The notes: generated by a model not told the origin, from the letters alone. A DNA stretch of 29,820 bases from Candidatus Heimdallarchaeota archaeon (GCA_018238545.1 JABCTC010000040.1:1-29820); one strand, 5' to 3'. Positions 9,997-18,976 are shown, numbered from the stretch's first letter. Made by a program: numbers and translations.

Positions 9997-10140
9997 TTAG
10001 GAAAGAGCTTGAATCACATAATATCCGATTACAATTAATAGGAAAAACAACATAGCTATCCCTACCTTCCCCCAGTCGCGGGAACCCTCCTCCTCCTCCT
10101 CCAAAATTTCCTCGTCTATTTCGGCTGTTTCCTCTGACAT
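9997..10140 (-). CDS. Small acidic tail-anchored membrane protein (47 aa)
   Basis: MSEETAEIDEEILEEEEEG followed by a single C-terminal TM. ATG at 10140 preferred over the upstream TTG. Confidence 0.6.
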   Translation of the reverse strand: MSEETAEIDEEILEEEEEGSRDWGKVGIAMLFFLLIVIGYYVIQALS

Positions 10141-10240
10141 TGTATTCCTTTCTCCATTATAAGATAATAAGTCTTGTTTAATTGGTCTGAAACCAAGCTT
10201 ATATTTTTTCTTATCTCCCAAAAAACTAACTAGCTTGCAA

Positions 10241-10720
10241 TTATTCGATACTGTCGGGACATGTAGAAACTACTGATTTTGAAATGTACATTTGTGAACC
10301 TGCAACTAATGAAAGTAAAGTGGCATGGCTTGGTATCATCTGAAATCTCTGGATTTCGTTAACTCCCTCTAAACGAATTTCTATAGATGCTTGATAAGCT
10401 GTAGAGTATGGGACAATGGAATCAATGATCACTCGTTCTACAACACACAATTCTGGAACCAGTTCAGCTACAGTTAATCTTGAATCCGCACTTTCAACAC
10501 CATCTAGTCTCTTTGCGATTTCTATAGCTATAGAAACAGGTATGCTAGTCATAAGAAAATTCTCCCCATTTTCCAATTCAAAATTAAGAAGTGGAATCTC
10601 TGCGTAATGTTTGCCGGTTGGTCCTTCTTCTGCTGAGAAGATATCTGGACTTGCTGTTAACACATCAATACGAATTACTTTTAGTAGTTCATCATCGTTA
10701 GCAGAGAGATTATCTTCCAT
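10241..10720 (-). CDS. DUF151/bifunctional nuclease-like protein (divergent)
   Basis: RLTVAEL, VERVIID, YQASI, MIPSHATLLSL and MYIS line up with the family pattern RPLTHDL / V..V.I / FYA.I / DARPSDAIALAL / IYV. Confidence 0.6.
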   Translation of the reverse strand: MEDNLSANDDELLKVIRIDVLTASPDIFSAEEGPTGKHYAEIPLLNFELENGENFLMTSIPVSIAIEIAKRLDGVESADSRLTVAELVPELCVVERVIIDSIVPYSTAYQASIEIRLEGVNEIQRFQMIPSHATLLSLVAGSQMYISKSVVSTCPDSIE

Positions 10721-10865
10721 AAGCTAACGGTTCCTTTTATCTTCAAAAATGTTAAGATAGTTTCCATGGTCACACTATAAGAGAAAACAATTTAACACAG
10801 CTTTCTAGGTTGTATTCAAAGGCATATGAACTCTGGCTTGTGATTATCTTTAAGCAGTTGATAAA

Positions 10866-11519
10866 ATGAATAAAACAAAAAAATCGTCTAAGCAGCAAGA
10901 GATAGATAGAATTCAAACAATTCTAAAATTGTCTGTTACTGCAGCACTTGCAAGTTTAGGCATTATTTTATCGGCATTTGTTATTTTCTTTCCAAACTTC
11001 GAATTTATCTCTGTTACGATTTTTCTTATAGCTCTATTATTTGGAATTGAGTATGGACTTCTATCTGCTATATCTATAGCTGTAGTTTACGAGTTTTTAG
11101 TAATCCCAATTTACGGTTCCGGAGGATTACTTATACTTTTCAAACTTCTTTGCTATATTGGTCTCGCTTTAGTAGCTGGTTTGGGGAGAAAATTGTTTGT
11201 AAAACTTTCTTTTTGGGAATTAGGCGTTTTTGGAGCAATTTTTGCTTTAACCTATGATGTAATTACTACACTTTTTGGTCAGATTATTTTTCTTCAACAA
11301 AGTGTGACTGTAACTTATCTGATTAGTCTCCTCATTTTTGGTATTCCTTTTACTATGTCTCATGTGATTGGTAACTTTATTCTGTTTAGCTTAACGAAAA
11401 CTTTGTTTAGCTGGGTCGTTGCCGCTTTTAAATATAGGGGGATAAAACTTTTGATGCTTCCACAGTTATCCGATTCAAGTAAGAACATTCAGACAAATAA
11501 CATTAAAGGAGATATTTAA
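10866..11519 (+). CDS. ECF transporter S component, CbrT-like (probable cobalamin)
   Basis: About 6 TM, PNFE motif after TM1 and GIPF..SHVIGN near the C-terminus. Adjacent to a DUF4430 gene. Confidence 0.7.
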   Translation: MNKTKKSSKQQEIDRIQTILKLSVTAALASLGIILSAFVIFFPNFEFISVTIFLIALLFGIEYGLLSAISIAVVYEFLVIPIYGSGGLLILFKLLCYIGLALVAGLGRKLFVKLSFWELGVFGAIFALTYDVITTLFGQIIFLQQSVTVTYLISLLIFGIPFTMSHVIGNFILFSLTKTLFSWVVAAFKYRGIKLLMLPQLSDSSKNIQTNNIKGDI

Positions 11520-11938
11520 TGAAAACGTCTAAAATAGTTTTTCTGATTATGAGCGTTCTTCTTTTAGCTATAATGACTTCTGGTTTAACATACTACCTCA
11601 TCTACACCTCTAACTCTTCTTCTAATGGTGATATTAGTGTGACAGTTTTCATAAACTATGGCACCTTGAAAGAAGACAATCAAGAAGAATATAATGTGAC
11701 GTTACCAGGTGGCAAATCTGCTTTATCTGCCTTTTCACAAGTGGCAAATCTTGAGTTGGTCAACTATACATTTGGCGTATATGTTGTTGGAGTAAATGGT
11801 TACGAGGAACAATTTCCTGACTATTGGTCATTCTATTACCACGATTCCAGTTCTGGACTGTGGGTATATTCTGAAATAGGTGTGGACAATTATTACCTTG
11901 AAGATGGAAATATGATCAAACTTGAATACACGGGATGA
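11519..11938 (+). CDS. Membrane-anchored DUF4430 (transcobalamin C-terminal-like) protein
   Basis: N-terminal TM, then FGVYVVGVNG, YWSFY and GVDNYYLEDG..I.L.Y. TAATG overlap with the S component. Confidence 0.8.
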   Translation: MKTSKIVFLIMSVLLLAIMTSGLTYYLIYTSNSSSNGDISVTVFINYGTLKEDNQEEYNVTLPGGKSALSAFSQVANLELVNYTFGVYVVGVNGYEEQFPDYWSFYYHDSSSGLWVYSEIGVDNYYLEDGNMIKLEYTG

Positions 11939-11973
11939 ATCAAAAAACACTAAGAACTAAGGTGCTTAATTGA

Positions 11974-12882
11974 ATGAGTTCAAATGAAAAAACACCATTT
12001 CGTTATCTTCTAATAACATATCAAACCAAACAACCTCTTCTTCTAGTGTTATTGCCATTTCTAATAATTAGCAATATAGTGGGATGGATTTACCAATATT
12101 ACGAGATTATAACCCTTGATTTATCATTTTTTGTAGGGGAAGAAGGGGATGTTTCATTCCAGATTATAGATGGAATAATTTTCGTTTCGATAGCTGTAAT
12201 AAGTAGTGTGATAATTGTGTTAACACTCAAATATGGTTTAGAACGTTTTTTAAAAATATTTTTTTCTATATGCTTATTCCTTTCTCCTATCAGTATTCTG
12301 TGGCTTCATGGATATCTTATTGATTTTTACTTGCAAAATGGTCAGTATTGGTTTGAGATATCATTTGCTTTGGTTGGATTAATAACAGGAATCCTTACTT
12401 TATTGGTATTTGTGTTTGACAAGGGGGATAAACATTCTCGAAATTCTTTAGTTGTTTTTCTGGGAATTATTCTAGGTTCAATATTTGGACTATTACTTTC
12501 ATTGGCTACGTTTTTGACTTTGATTATACTAATTTCTATATTCGATATTTACTCAGTTTTCAAAGGGCCAATAAATAAGATGTTTCAGAAAGCAAATATG
12601 CCCTATGAACCAATTAGCAACCCACTTGTAAAGAAGGAAACCGCTATAGGTATTGGCGATTTTATTTTCTATTCCTCACTTGTTACATTTACAGCAACAA
12701 ATTTTGGGTTAGCAATAGGTTTTGCATCTATCGTTGGCTTATTGCTTGGAGTAGTCTTTACTGAACGGCTTTTGATGAGATTTGGGAAATTTCCGGGATT
12801 ACCTCTACCGATTTTCCTGTCACTTGCATTCTTGGGTTTTGGGTGGTTGATATCAAATTATCTCTTAAATTCGATCATTTGA
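11974..12882 (+). CDS. Presenilin-family intramembrane aspartyl protease
   Basis: About 9 TM; ISIFDIYSVFKGP (first Asp), GIGDFIFYS (GxGD) and PGLP (PAL equivalent). Confidence 0.9.
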   Translation: MSSNEKTPFRYLLITYQTKQPLLLVLLPFLIISNIVGWIYQYYEIITLDLSFFVGEEGDVSFQIIDGIIFVSIAVISSVIIVLTLKYGLERFLKIFFSICLFLSPISILWLHGYLIDFYLQNGQYWFEISFALVGLITGILTLLVFVFDKGDKHSRNSLVVFLGIILGSIFGLLLSLATFLTLIILISIFDIYSVFKGPINKMFQKANMPYEPISNPLVKKETAIGIGDFIFYSSLVTFTATNFGLAIGFASIVGLLLGVVFTERLLMRFGKFPGLPLPIFLSLAFLGFGWLISNYLLNSII

Positions 12883-12967
12883 TTTCATTTGAAATTCTAC
12901 AATCTGTAGTAACAAAAATCAAAAGGTTTAAAATGAGTATCGAAGGAATTTAGCTCGGTCGAAAAGC

Positions 12968-13381
12968 ATGTCTTCACGCAAGTTTAGATACAGAGGATTT
13001 ACAATAGAAGAATTGAAACAGAAAAGTATGGATGAGATACTTGAATTATTACCTGCAAGAAGAAGAAGAAACCTATCTCGTCAAGAATTCTGGACACCAA
13101 GAAGAAAGAAGCTATTAGAAGACATTAGGCGAGCTATTGAAGCTCAAGAAAAAGGCGAAAAAGTTGTCGTAAGAACACATGTAAGAGACATGACTGTTTT
13201 ACCAGAGATGGTTGGAGCAACAGTTGCGATTTACAATGGAAAGGAATACATAGAAATTCTAATTCAACTACAAATGATAGGACACGTGTTTGGAGAGTTT
13301 TCACCCACAACTAAGAAGGTTAACCATGGATCACCTGGTATTGGTGCAACTCGTTCTTCGCTATATGTTCCACTTAAATAA
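12968..13381 (+). CDS. rps19p: 30S ribosomal protein uS19
   Basis: FRYRG, LPARRRR, RTHVRDMTVLPEMVG, MIGHVFGEFS, HGSPGIGATRSS. Confidence 0.97.
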   Translation: MSSRKFRYRGFTIEELKQKSMDEILELLPARRRRNLSRQEFWTPRRKKLLEDIRRAIEAQEKGEKVVVRTHVRDMTVLPEMVGATVAIYNGKEYIEILIQLQMIGHVFGEFSPTTKKVNHGSPGIGATRSSLYVPLK

Positions 13382-13431
13382 TCTCTCTTTTTCCCTCAAA
13401 TTTTATAACATACCTTGTTTGTTTCTATTCT

Positions 13432-13818
13432 ATGACTGCTTCTCCTGAAGAAAATTCTGTTTTAAAACCAGAAGAAACTAAAGCTTATCAGAGACTGGAA
13501 AAAAATTTTACTATTGACTTGCTTTGGATTTGGGTACTAAAACTGCTGAGGGAAGGACCAAAGTATGCTTATGAATTGCGTCAAGAAATACAAACTAAAT
13601 TTGGTTTTAGTCCTGCAACAGTTACAAATTATACAATTCTTTATCTACTTGAGCGAGAAGGTGTTGTAGAAAAGGTTGAGAAAAGAAATTCTGATGAACG
13701 GATTGACCGAAAATACTATGGTATAACCGATTTAGGTGAAAAACTAATGGATACTGCGGAAACTTATTTGCGTACAACTATCAATAAACTATTCCATAAA
13801 AGTAGTTCCAGCAAGTAA
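13432..13818 (+). CDS. PadR-family transcriptional regulator
   Basis: LKLLREGPKYAYEL...LYLLEREG...RKYYGITDLG. Confidence 0.9.
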   Translation: MTASPEENSVLKPEETKAYQRLEKNFTIDLLWIWVLKLLREGPKYAYELRQEIQTKFGFSPATVTNYTILYLLEREGVVEKVEKRNSDERIDRKYYGITDLGEKLMDTAETYLRTTINKLFHKSSSSK

Positions 13819-13904
13819 GTATATTCTTGCTCATTTTTCAACAAACTTAAAAATTCATGCAATAAACAGTTAACAGGTTATTATAATGACGGTGTTGATT
13901 TAAC

Positions 13905-14177
13905 ATGCCTAAGAAGAGAAAATCGGGAGGACGATCTGGTGGTAAAAGAGGTCGTGCAACCGCTAAGACCTGTGCCAGTTGTGGTGCCAAAATTCCCACT
14001 GACAAAGCGAAGAAATACACTGTTTATAGCAGTGCTGTAGACTATAGGTTAGCGAGAGAACTTCGACAAGAAGGCGCTCATATCCCTCGCCAGCAAAAAA
14101 TCGTTTATTATTGTGTTTCTTGTGCTATTCATAGGGGACGAACAAATATTAGAGCAAAAAAAGAGAGACGTGGTTAA
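13905..14177 (+). CDS. rps26e: 30S ribosomal protein eS26
   Basis: MPKKRKSGGR, CASC, PTDKA, YYCVSCAIH. Confidence 0.95.
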   Translation: MPKKRKSGGRSGGKRGRATAKTCASCGAKIPTDKAKKYTVYSSAVDYRLARELRQEGAHIPRQQKIVYYCVSCAIHRGRTNIRAKKERRG

Positions 14178-14221
14178 TCTAACTCCACTTCTTTATTCTT
14201 TTCAATTTTAAAGGGATAAAA

Positions 14222-14803
14222 ATGAAGTTTTTTTTCTTAATACCTTCTTCAACAATCAGAACATCAACACTCAAAAAAGTTAAATCCGTAGTAGGTGGAC
14301 AAGAGAGGGCTGATGTTTTCTCAAGAATTTTGCTCAACCTTTATCGTTGGAAAGACAGATGTGATGCTAAATCTGTAGTAGTGCTTTACTTATCTCATCC
14401 CGAGGAAAATTTAACTTTTACAATCCCTTTAGATCTTATATCATCTCCTATTGAGAATGAGTTAGAAGCTACTAAATTCATGATAAATTTGTTAAATTCT
14501 CCAGATGAACTAGGGATTACTTTAGAAAAACAAGATTTTTCCTCTTTACTAAGAAACTTAGCTGCAGATTGTAATCTCTTCTATCTTACGTCAACAGGCA
14601 GAGATATCTCAAAATTAGATGAAGATTCAATTAAATCAAACAATTTTTGCTTCATTTTAGGTAGTCAGGTGGATCTAACCGATGCTCAAGAAAAGGATTT
14701 AAGCAAGTATGACCCCACTTTAATTAGTGTAGGAGATAGGGAATACCTCGCATCTCACGTTGTATCTATCATTAATCATTATCTGTTTACTAAGTTTCAG
14801 TAA
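14222..14803 (+). CDS. trmY: tRNA pseudouridine(54)-N1-methyltransferase-like SPOUT protein
   Basis: R.DV..R near the N-terminus, FILGSQVDL and ISVGDREYLASHVVSII trefoil-knot motifs. Confidence 0.7.
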   Translation: MKFFFLIPSSTIRTSTLKKVKSVVGGQERADVFSRILLNLYRWKDRCDAKSVVVLYLSHPEENLTFTIPLDLISSPIENELEATKFMINLLNSPDELGITLEKQDFSSLLRNLAADCNLFYLTSTGRDISKLDEDSIKSNNFCFILGSQVDLTDAQEKDLSKYDPTLISVGDREYLASHVVSIINHYLFTKFQ

Positions 14804-14852
14804 ACTGGGAGATTACTAAAACTTTAATTCTTGTGGATAGGTGATTAATACA

Positions 14853-15104
14853 ATGGCTAACGATGATAAGAAACCTAAGAAGAAACTTGATAGTTCAATC
14901 GTTTCTAAGAAGATGTTAGCAATTGCTTTTATGGCACCTTCTGTTCTTAGTATAAGTTTTATGGCGATTGCTTTCTTTGCAACACTTAATGCATCTGATA
15001 CAGTGCAAATGATTTTTCTCGTTGTAGCAACATTTCTAGGTCTTGGGCTTTCAATAGTAATTATCTTTCTTATGCAGAAAAGAATCAATAAAAAAATTAG
15101 ATGA
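14853..15104 (+). CDS. Small 2-TM membrane protein
   Basis: SD-like AGGTGA at 14839-14844 before ATG 14853; two hydrophobic helices and basic ends. Confidence 0.65.
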   Translation: MANDDKKPKKKLDSSIVSKKMLAIAFMAPSVLSISFMAIAFFATLNASDTVQMIFLVVATFLGLGLSIVIIFLMQKRINKKIR

Positions 15105-15141
15105 ATCGGAGAAAGAACAAACATAATCCAGTGAACTGTTT

Positions 15142-16293
15142 TCAACTTTTGTTGTTATTCTTAAACCATTGAATAGTCCGTTCAAATGCTTCTTCTCTTG
15201 ATACAACTGGTTTATAACCAAAATCCCTTTCTGCTTTATCGCTAACAAAGGTATGATCAACACAAGTCTGGATAACTGCAAATCTGTTAAAATTGGATTT
15301 TGGAGCTACTTTTTCTGCAAACCATGCAAGAGTGTAAGCTACTTTGTATGGTATGGATATCTTTGGTGGAGAAAGTCCTAAAGCTTCCAAAAATGGTTCC
15401 ATGAAAGTGAATAGATTTTCTGCTGGTTGATGATCTGCAATAAAATAACATTCACCCATTATTCGTGAACCTGTGTAAAGATGTTTAGCGGCTAATATGT
15501 GAGCATGAGCTGCATTTTCTGAATAAACATGGGAAAATCTAGCTGTTCCATTCCCAAGTTTAATGTTATTCTTATTTTTCGCCATTTGAACAATATTAGC
15601 TATGTGATATTTGTCTCTAGGACCGTACATTCCAACAGGGCGCAAAGAAACGGTCATTAAACCTTTTTCACCATTAGCTGCTATAGTAGCTTTCTCTGCA
15701 AGTATTTTTGTTCTTGAGTAATTATCTTTAGGCATATTCTTAGGATAGGATAAGGTTTCATCAGCATACACAATGGGCATTCTTCCATCCACAACAACAT
15801 CCAATGTTGAGGTGTAAACCAACCGTGTTATTCCAAACTTGATGCATGAATCAATTACATGTTGGTTTCCTACAACATTTACTTCATCAAAAAGTATTGT
15901 AGGTGTCCGTGGATTCCAAACTGCTGCTGCTGTCTGAAAAACTGTATCCATCCCATCACAGGCATTTTTCACATCTTCTATGTTCCTAATATCTCCAACT
16001 AGCGATTCTACTCCCTCAATTTCTAGATGTTCAAGATCAAGAACACGAACGAAATGGTTATCTTCACGTAACTGAGATACAATTTCATATCCTAACATTC
16101 CGGCCCCCCCAATAACTAAACACTTACCAAGATTTGTTAGCGGTTCGCCATTAGTTTTCTTAGTGTCTTCATTTATTGAGTTGTTTACAATTTTTTCCGA
16201 TTTTTTGTTACTAGAGAATTGAACTTGATTGTTTAGATTTGTAATTGTATTAAACCTAGTTAGAATTTTATTGAAATTGCTTGTTCTGGACAT
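15142..16293 (-). CDS. Extended SDR, 3beta-hydroxysteroid dehydrogenase / NSDHL(Erg26)-like; start uncertain
   Basis: GGAGMLG, YTSTLDVV, DETLSYP, YSRTK (YxxxK), LRPVGMYGPRD, ENAAHAHILAA. Nearest in-frame ATG (16293) overlaps the ferredoxin gene. Confidence 0.85.
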   Translation of the reverse strand: MSRTSNFNKILTRFNTITNLNNQVQFSSNKKSEKIVNNSINEDTKKTNGEPLTNLGKCLVIGGAGMLGYEIVSQLREDNHFVRVLDLEHLEIEGVESLVGDIRNIEDVKNACDGMDTVFQTAAAVWNPRTPTILFDEVNVVGNQHVIDSCIKFGITRLVYTSTLDVVVDGRMPIVYADETLSYPKNMPKDNYSRTKILAEKATIAANGEKGLMTVSLRPVGMYGPRDKYHIANIVQMAKNKNNIKLGNGTARFSHVYSENAAHAHILAAKHLYTGSRIMGECYFIADHQPAENLFTFMEPFLEALGLSPPKISIPYKVAYTLAWFAEKVAPKSNFNRFAVIQTCVDHTFVSDKAERDFGYKPVVSREEAFERTIQWFKNNNKS

Positions 16294-16517
16294 TGTTCTA
16301 TGCACTTCATACATCGTGTGCATAGTGATAGATAAACGGGCGTTACTCTCCATATTTGCGGGTCATAGGGGTCATCATCTTTTTGAAAATCTAAGGATTG
16401 GTGTAGTAAAAAAATAGCTGGATCACACACCTTTAGGCAGATAGTACAGTTGCGCGGGTCAACTTTATTCCCATCCCCACAAATAGAGTAATCAATCTTT
16501 ATCTTTGTTCTACCCAT
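16260..16517 (-). CDS. 4Fe-4S dicluster ferredoxin with insertion in first motif
   Basis: C(GDGNKVDPRN)CTICLKVCDP and CTRCMKCIEQCP. Confidence 0.85.
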   Translation of the reverse strand: MGRTKIKIDYSICGDGNKVDPRNCTICLKVCDPAIFLLHQSLDFQKDDDPYDPQIWRVTPVYLSLCTRCMKCIEQCPEQAISIKF

Positions 16518-16531
16518 AAGCCCACCTTGAG

Positions 16532-17410
16532 TTAATAATTACCTTTCAGTGCAGGTATCTCGCTTCTAGGAACTATGCTTAAAGCATCAAAGCGACACGC
16601 ATGTAAACAAACACCGCAACCATAGCATTTGGATTGGTCAACTTCAACACGTTTTGTTTTCTCATTGTAGGAAATTGCTCCAAATTGACACATGGTAATG
16701 CATCTCTTACATCCTTGGCAGTTATCTGGATTGTTTTGAACAACATACTCTGCCTTGAAAATTGATTTAATGCCAAATTCCGTACGAGGTCTGAATCCAG
16801 CGCACATCGGTGTTTGGCATGCACATAGATTGTTGATATATGGTGTAGCACCGTACCATATTGTTCCTATGTAACCTTTCTTATTGAATTCAGTGAACTT
16901 TTCAATGGCTTCTTCTTTTGTTATTCTATACTTGCTATCCTCTGGTTCAGGAATGAAACGTGGTAATTTATCTATGATTTCACTCATTATTCCGAAATTT
17001 ATACAACAAGCTTCTTTTTCCCCTTTATGCATATAGCGGCACATACAGTATTTCATGATTAAACCATCTTCAGGAACGCAGGTTTCCAAAATAGTAATAG
17101 CATCGTCAAGTGGAATGACTTGACCAATATGACCTTCAGCTTTGAAAGGATTACGGGAAGGTTTGTCTGTGTGTAACATCCTTTCAGCGAATGTTTTTAC
17201 AATTCGACCAATAATCGGCATCTGCATTTTATATCCTAAACCAACGGCACTAAACACACCAAGATTTCTCACTTGCATGGCTTCGAAAGTTTTGTATTGT
17301 TCCATTAAGAATTCTTTTAGATCCAACTCTTCTGCTAATTCCTTAGAATAATTTCTAGCATTAAAATACCATTTTCCAGCGGTTCCATGCTCCAAACAAT
17401 GATCACACAT
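16532..17410 (-). CDS. 4Fe-4S dicluster domain-containing protein
   Basis: MCDHC N-terminus, CMCR, LCAC, C-terminal CQGCKRCITMC and CYGCGVCLHAC. ATG 17410 follows GGTG. Confidence 0.85.
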   Translation of the reverse strand: MCDHCLEHGTAGKWYFNARNYSKELAEELDLKEFLMEQYKTFEAMQVRNLGVFSAVGLGYKMQMPIIGRIVKTFAERMLHTDKPSRNPFKAEGHIGQVIPLDDAITILETCVPEDGLIMKYCMCRYMHKGEKEACCINFGIMSEIIDKLPRFIPEPEDSKYRITKEEAIEKFTEFNKKGYIGTIWYGATPYINNLCACQTPMCAGFRPRTEFGIKSIFKAEYVVQNNPDNCQGCKRCITMCQFGAISYNEKTKRVEVDQSKCYGCGVCLHACRFDALSIVPRSEIPALKGNY

Positions 17411-17446
17411 ATCGTACACCATGTATCGTAGAGGTGATTCTGGAGA

Positions 17447-17472
17447 CAAGTAGTAATATATAAAACTACTTG
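17447..17472 (-). promoter_or_regulatory. TATA box flanked by perfect 8-bp inverted repeat (operator)
   Basis: CAAGTAGT-AATATATAAA-ACTACTTG; the spacer reads TTTATATATT on the minus strand. Confidence 0.6.
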
Positions 17473-17650
17473 CTAAGCCTCTGAAACTTTATCAGAAGTG
17501 AGAAATGCTTTTTTTTAATAATACAAAATACGTTTCTAATTTTCTGTATTTACCTAAATTTTTCCCTCTTTCTCGATTCTTTCTGTTAGAGCATAAATTT
17601 TTTAAAACTGGATTGTCTAGCTCGAAATAGAAACCTACAAAGGGATTTTA

Positions 17651-18976
17651 ATGGAATTCAAAAAGAGAAAAATTTTGATTATGGGAGCCGCTGGTAGAGA
17701 TTTTCATAATTTCAATACATATTATCGTAATAATGAAAGTTATGAAGTAGTAGCGTTCACCGCGACTCAAATTCCTGATATAGTAGACAGGAAGTATCCT
17801 AAAGAGTTATCTGGATCACTATACCCAGAAGGAATAAAAATATTTGATGAATCTGAATTGTCAAGACTCATCAAAGAATTAGAAGTTGATGAAGTGATTT
17901 TTTCCTACTCAGATGTGACACATGAATATGTTATGCACAAAGCTTCCCTAGTCAATGCTTTAGGCCCTGCTTTTTCATTATTGGGGACAAAAGGAACTAT
18001 GGTTAAAAGCACAAAACCACTAATTAGTGTATGTGCTGTAAGAACAGGCAGTGGCAAATCACAGACTTCCAGAAAAATATTACAGTTAATAACTGAGGCT
18101 GGTAAGAAGATAGTTGCTATTAGACATCCTATGCCTTATGGAGATTTAGCTAAACAAGCCGTACAAAGGTTTGCTGACTATTCTGATTTGGATAAACATG
18201 AAACAACAATCGAAGAGAGAGAAGAGTATGAACCTTATATCGATAAGGGTTTGGTAATTTACTCTGGTGTTGATTATGAAGCTATTCTTAGAGAAGCAGA
18301 GAAAGAAGCAGACGTTATTCTGTGGGATGGTGGAAATAATGATTTTCCATTCTATGAATCTGATTTACAAATAGTGGTAGCTGATCCTCACAGAGTAGGA
18401 CACGAGCTCACTTATCATCCTGGTGAAACCAATCTCAATCTAGCAGATGTAGTTGTTGTAAATAAAATTGCCACAACTGATTACGAAAACGTTCTCGATT
18501 TAGAAGAAAATATTCGTAAAGCTAACCCCAGCGCCGTTATTATCGAGGCTGCCTCTCCAATCTTTGTTGACAAACCAGACCTGGTTAAAGGTAAGAGAGT
18601 GTTAGTGATTGAAGATGGACCTACCTTAACTCATGGAGAAATGCAATATGGTGCTGGAGTTGTCGCTGCCCTTAGATATGGAGCTGAGGAACTAGTTGAT
18701 CCTAGACCTTATTTAGTTGGTAGCATGAAAGATACCTTTGAAAAATATCCAGATATTGGTACCCTACTTCCTGCTATGGGCTATTTTGATCAACAACTAA
18801 AGGACATGGAAGAAACAATCAAGAATACTGAATGTGACGTTGTAGTTTCAGCCACCCCAATTGACATTACAAGACTAATCAAAATAGACAAACCTATGGT
18901 TAGAGTGAAATACGAGTTAGAGGAAATCGGTTTTCCAAAACTAAAGGACGTTTTAAAAGAGAAAGGCTTTATCTAA
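17651..18976 (+). CDS. COG2403 P-loop protein (cyclic 2,3-DPG synthetase-related; arginine synthetase ArcE-like)
   Basis: MGAAGRDFHNFN, FTATQIP, AVRTGSGKS, RHPMPYG, TIEEREEYE, WDGGNND, EDGPTLTHG. Confidence 0.85.
   Translation: MEFKKRKILIMGAAGRDFHNFNTYYRNNESYEVVAFTATQIPDIVDRKYPKELSGSLYPEGIKIFDESELSRLIKELEVDEVIFSYSDVTHEYVMHKASLVNALGPAFSLLGTKGTMVKSTKPLISVCAVRTGSGKSQTSRKILQLITEAGKKIVAIRHPMPYGDLAKQAVQRFADYSDLDKHETTIEEREEYEPYIDKGLVIYSGVDYEAILREAEKEADVILWDGGNNDFPFYESDLQIVVADPHRVGHELTYHPGETNLNLADVVVVNKIATTDYENVLDLEENIRKANPSAVIIEAASPIFVDKPDLVKGKRVLVIEDGPTLTHGEMQYGAGVVAALRYGAEELVDPRPYLVGSMKDTFEKYPDIGTLLPAMGYFDQQLKDMEETIKNTECDVVVSATPIDITRLIKIDKPMVRVKYELEEIGFPKLKDVLKEKGFI

Noticed and set aside
10721-10865. 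Cobalamin riboswitch upstream of the ECF S gene
   Set aside because: AT-rich, with no B12 box or conserved core visible.
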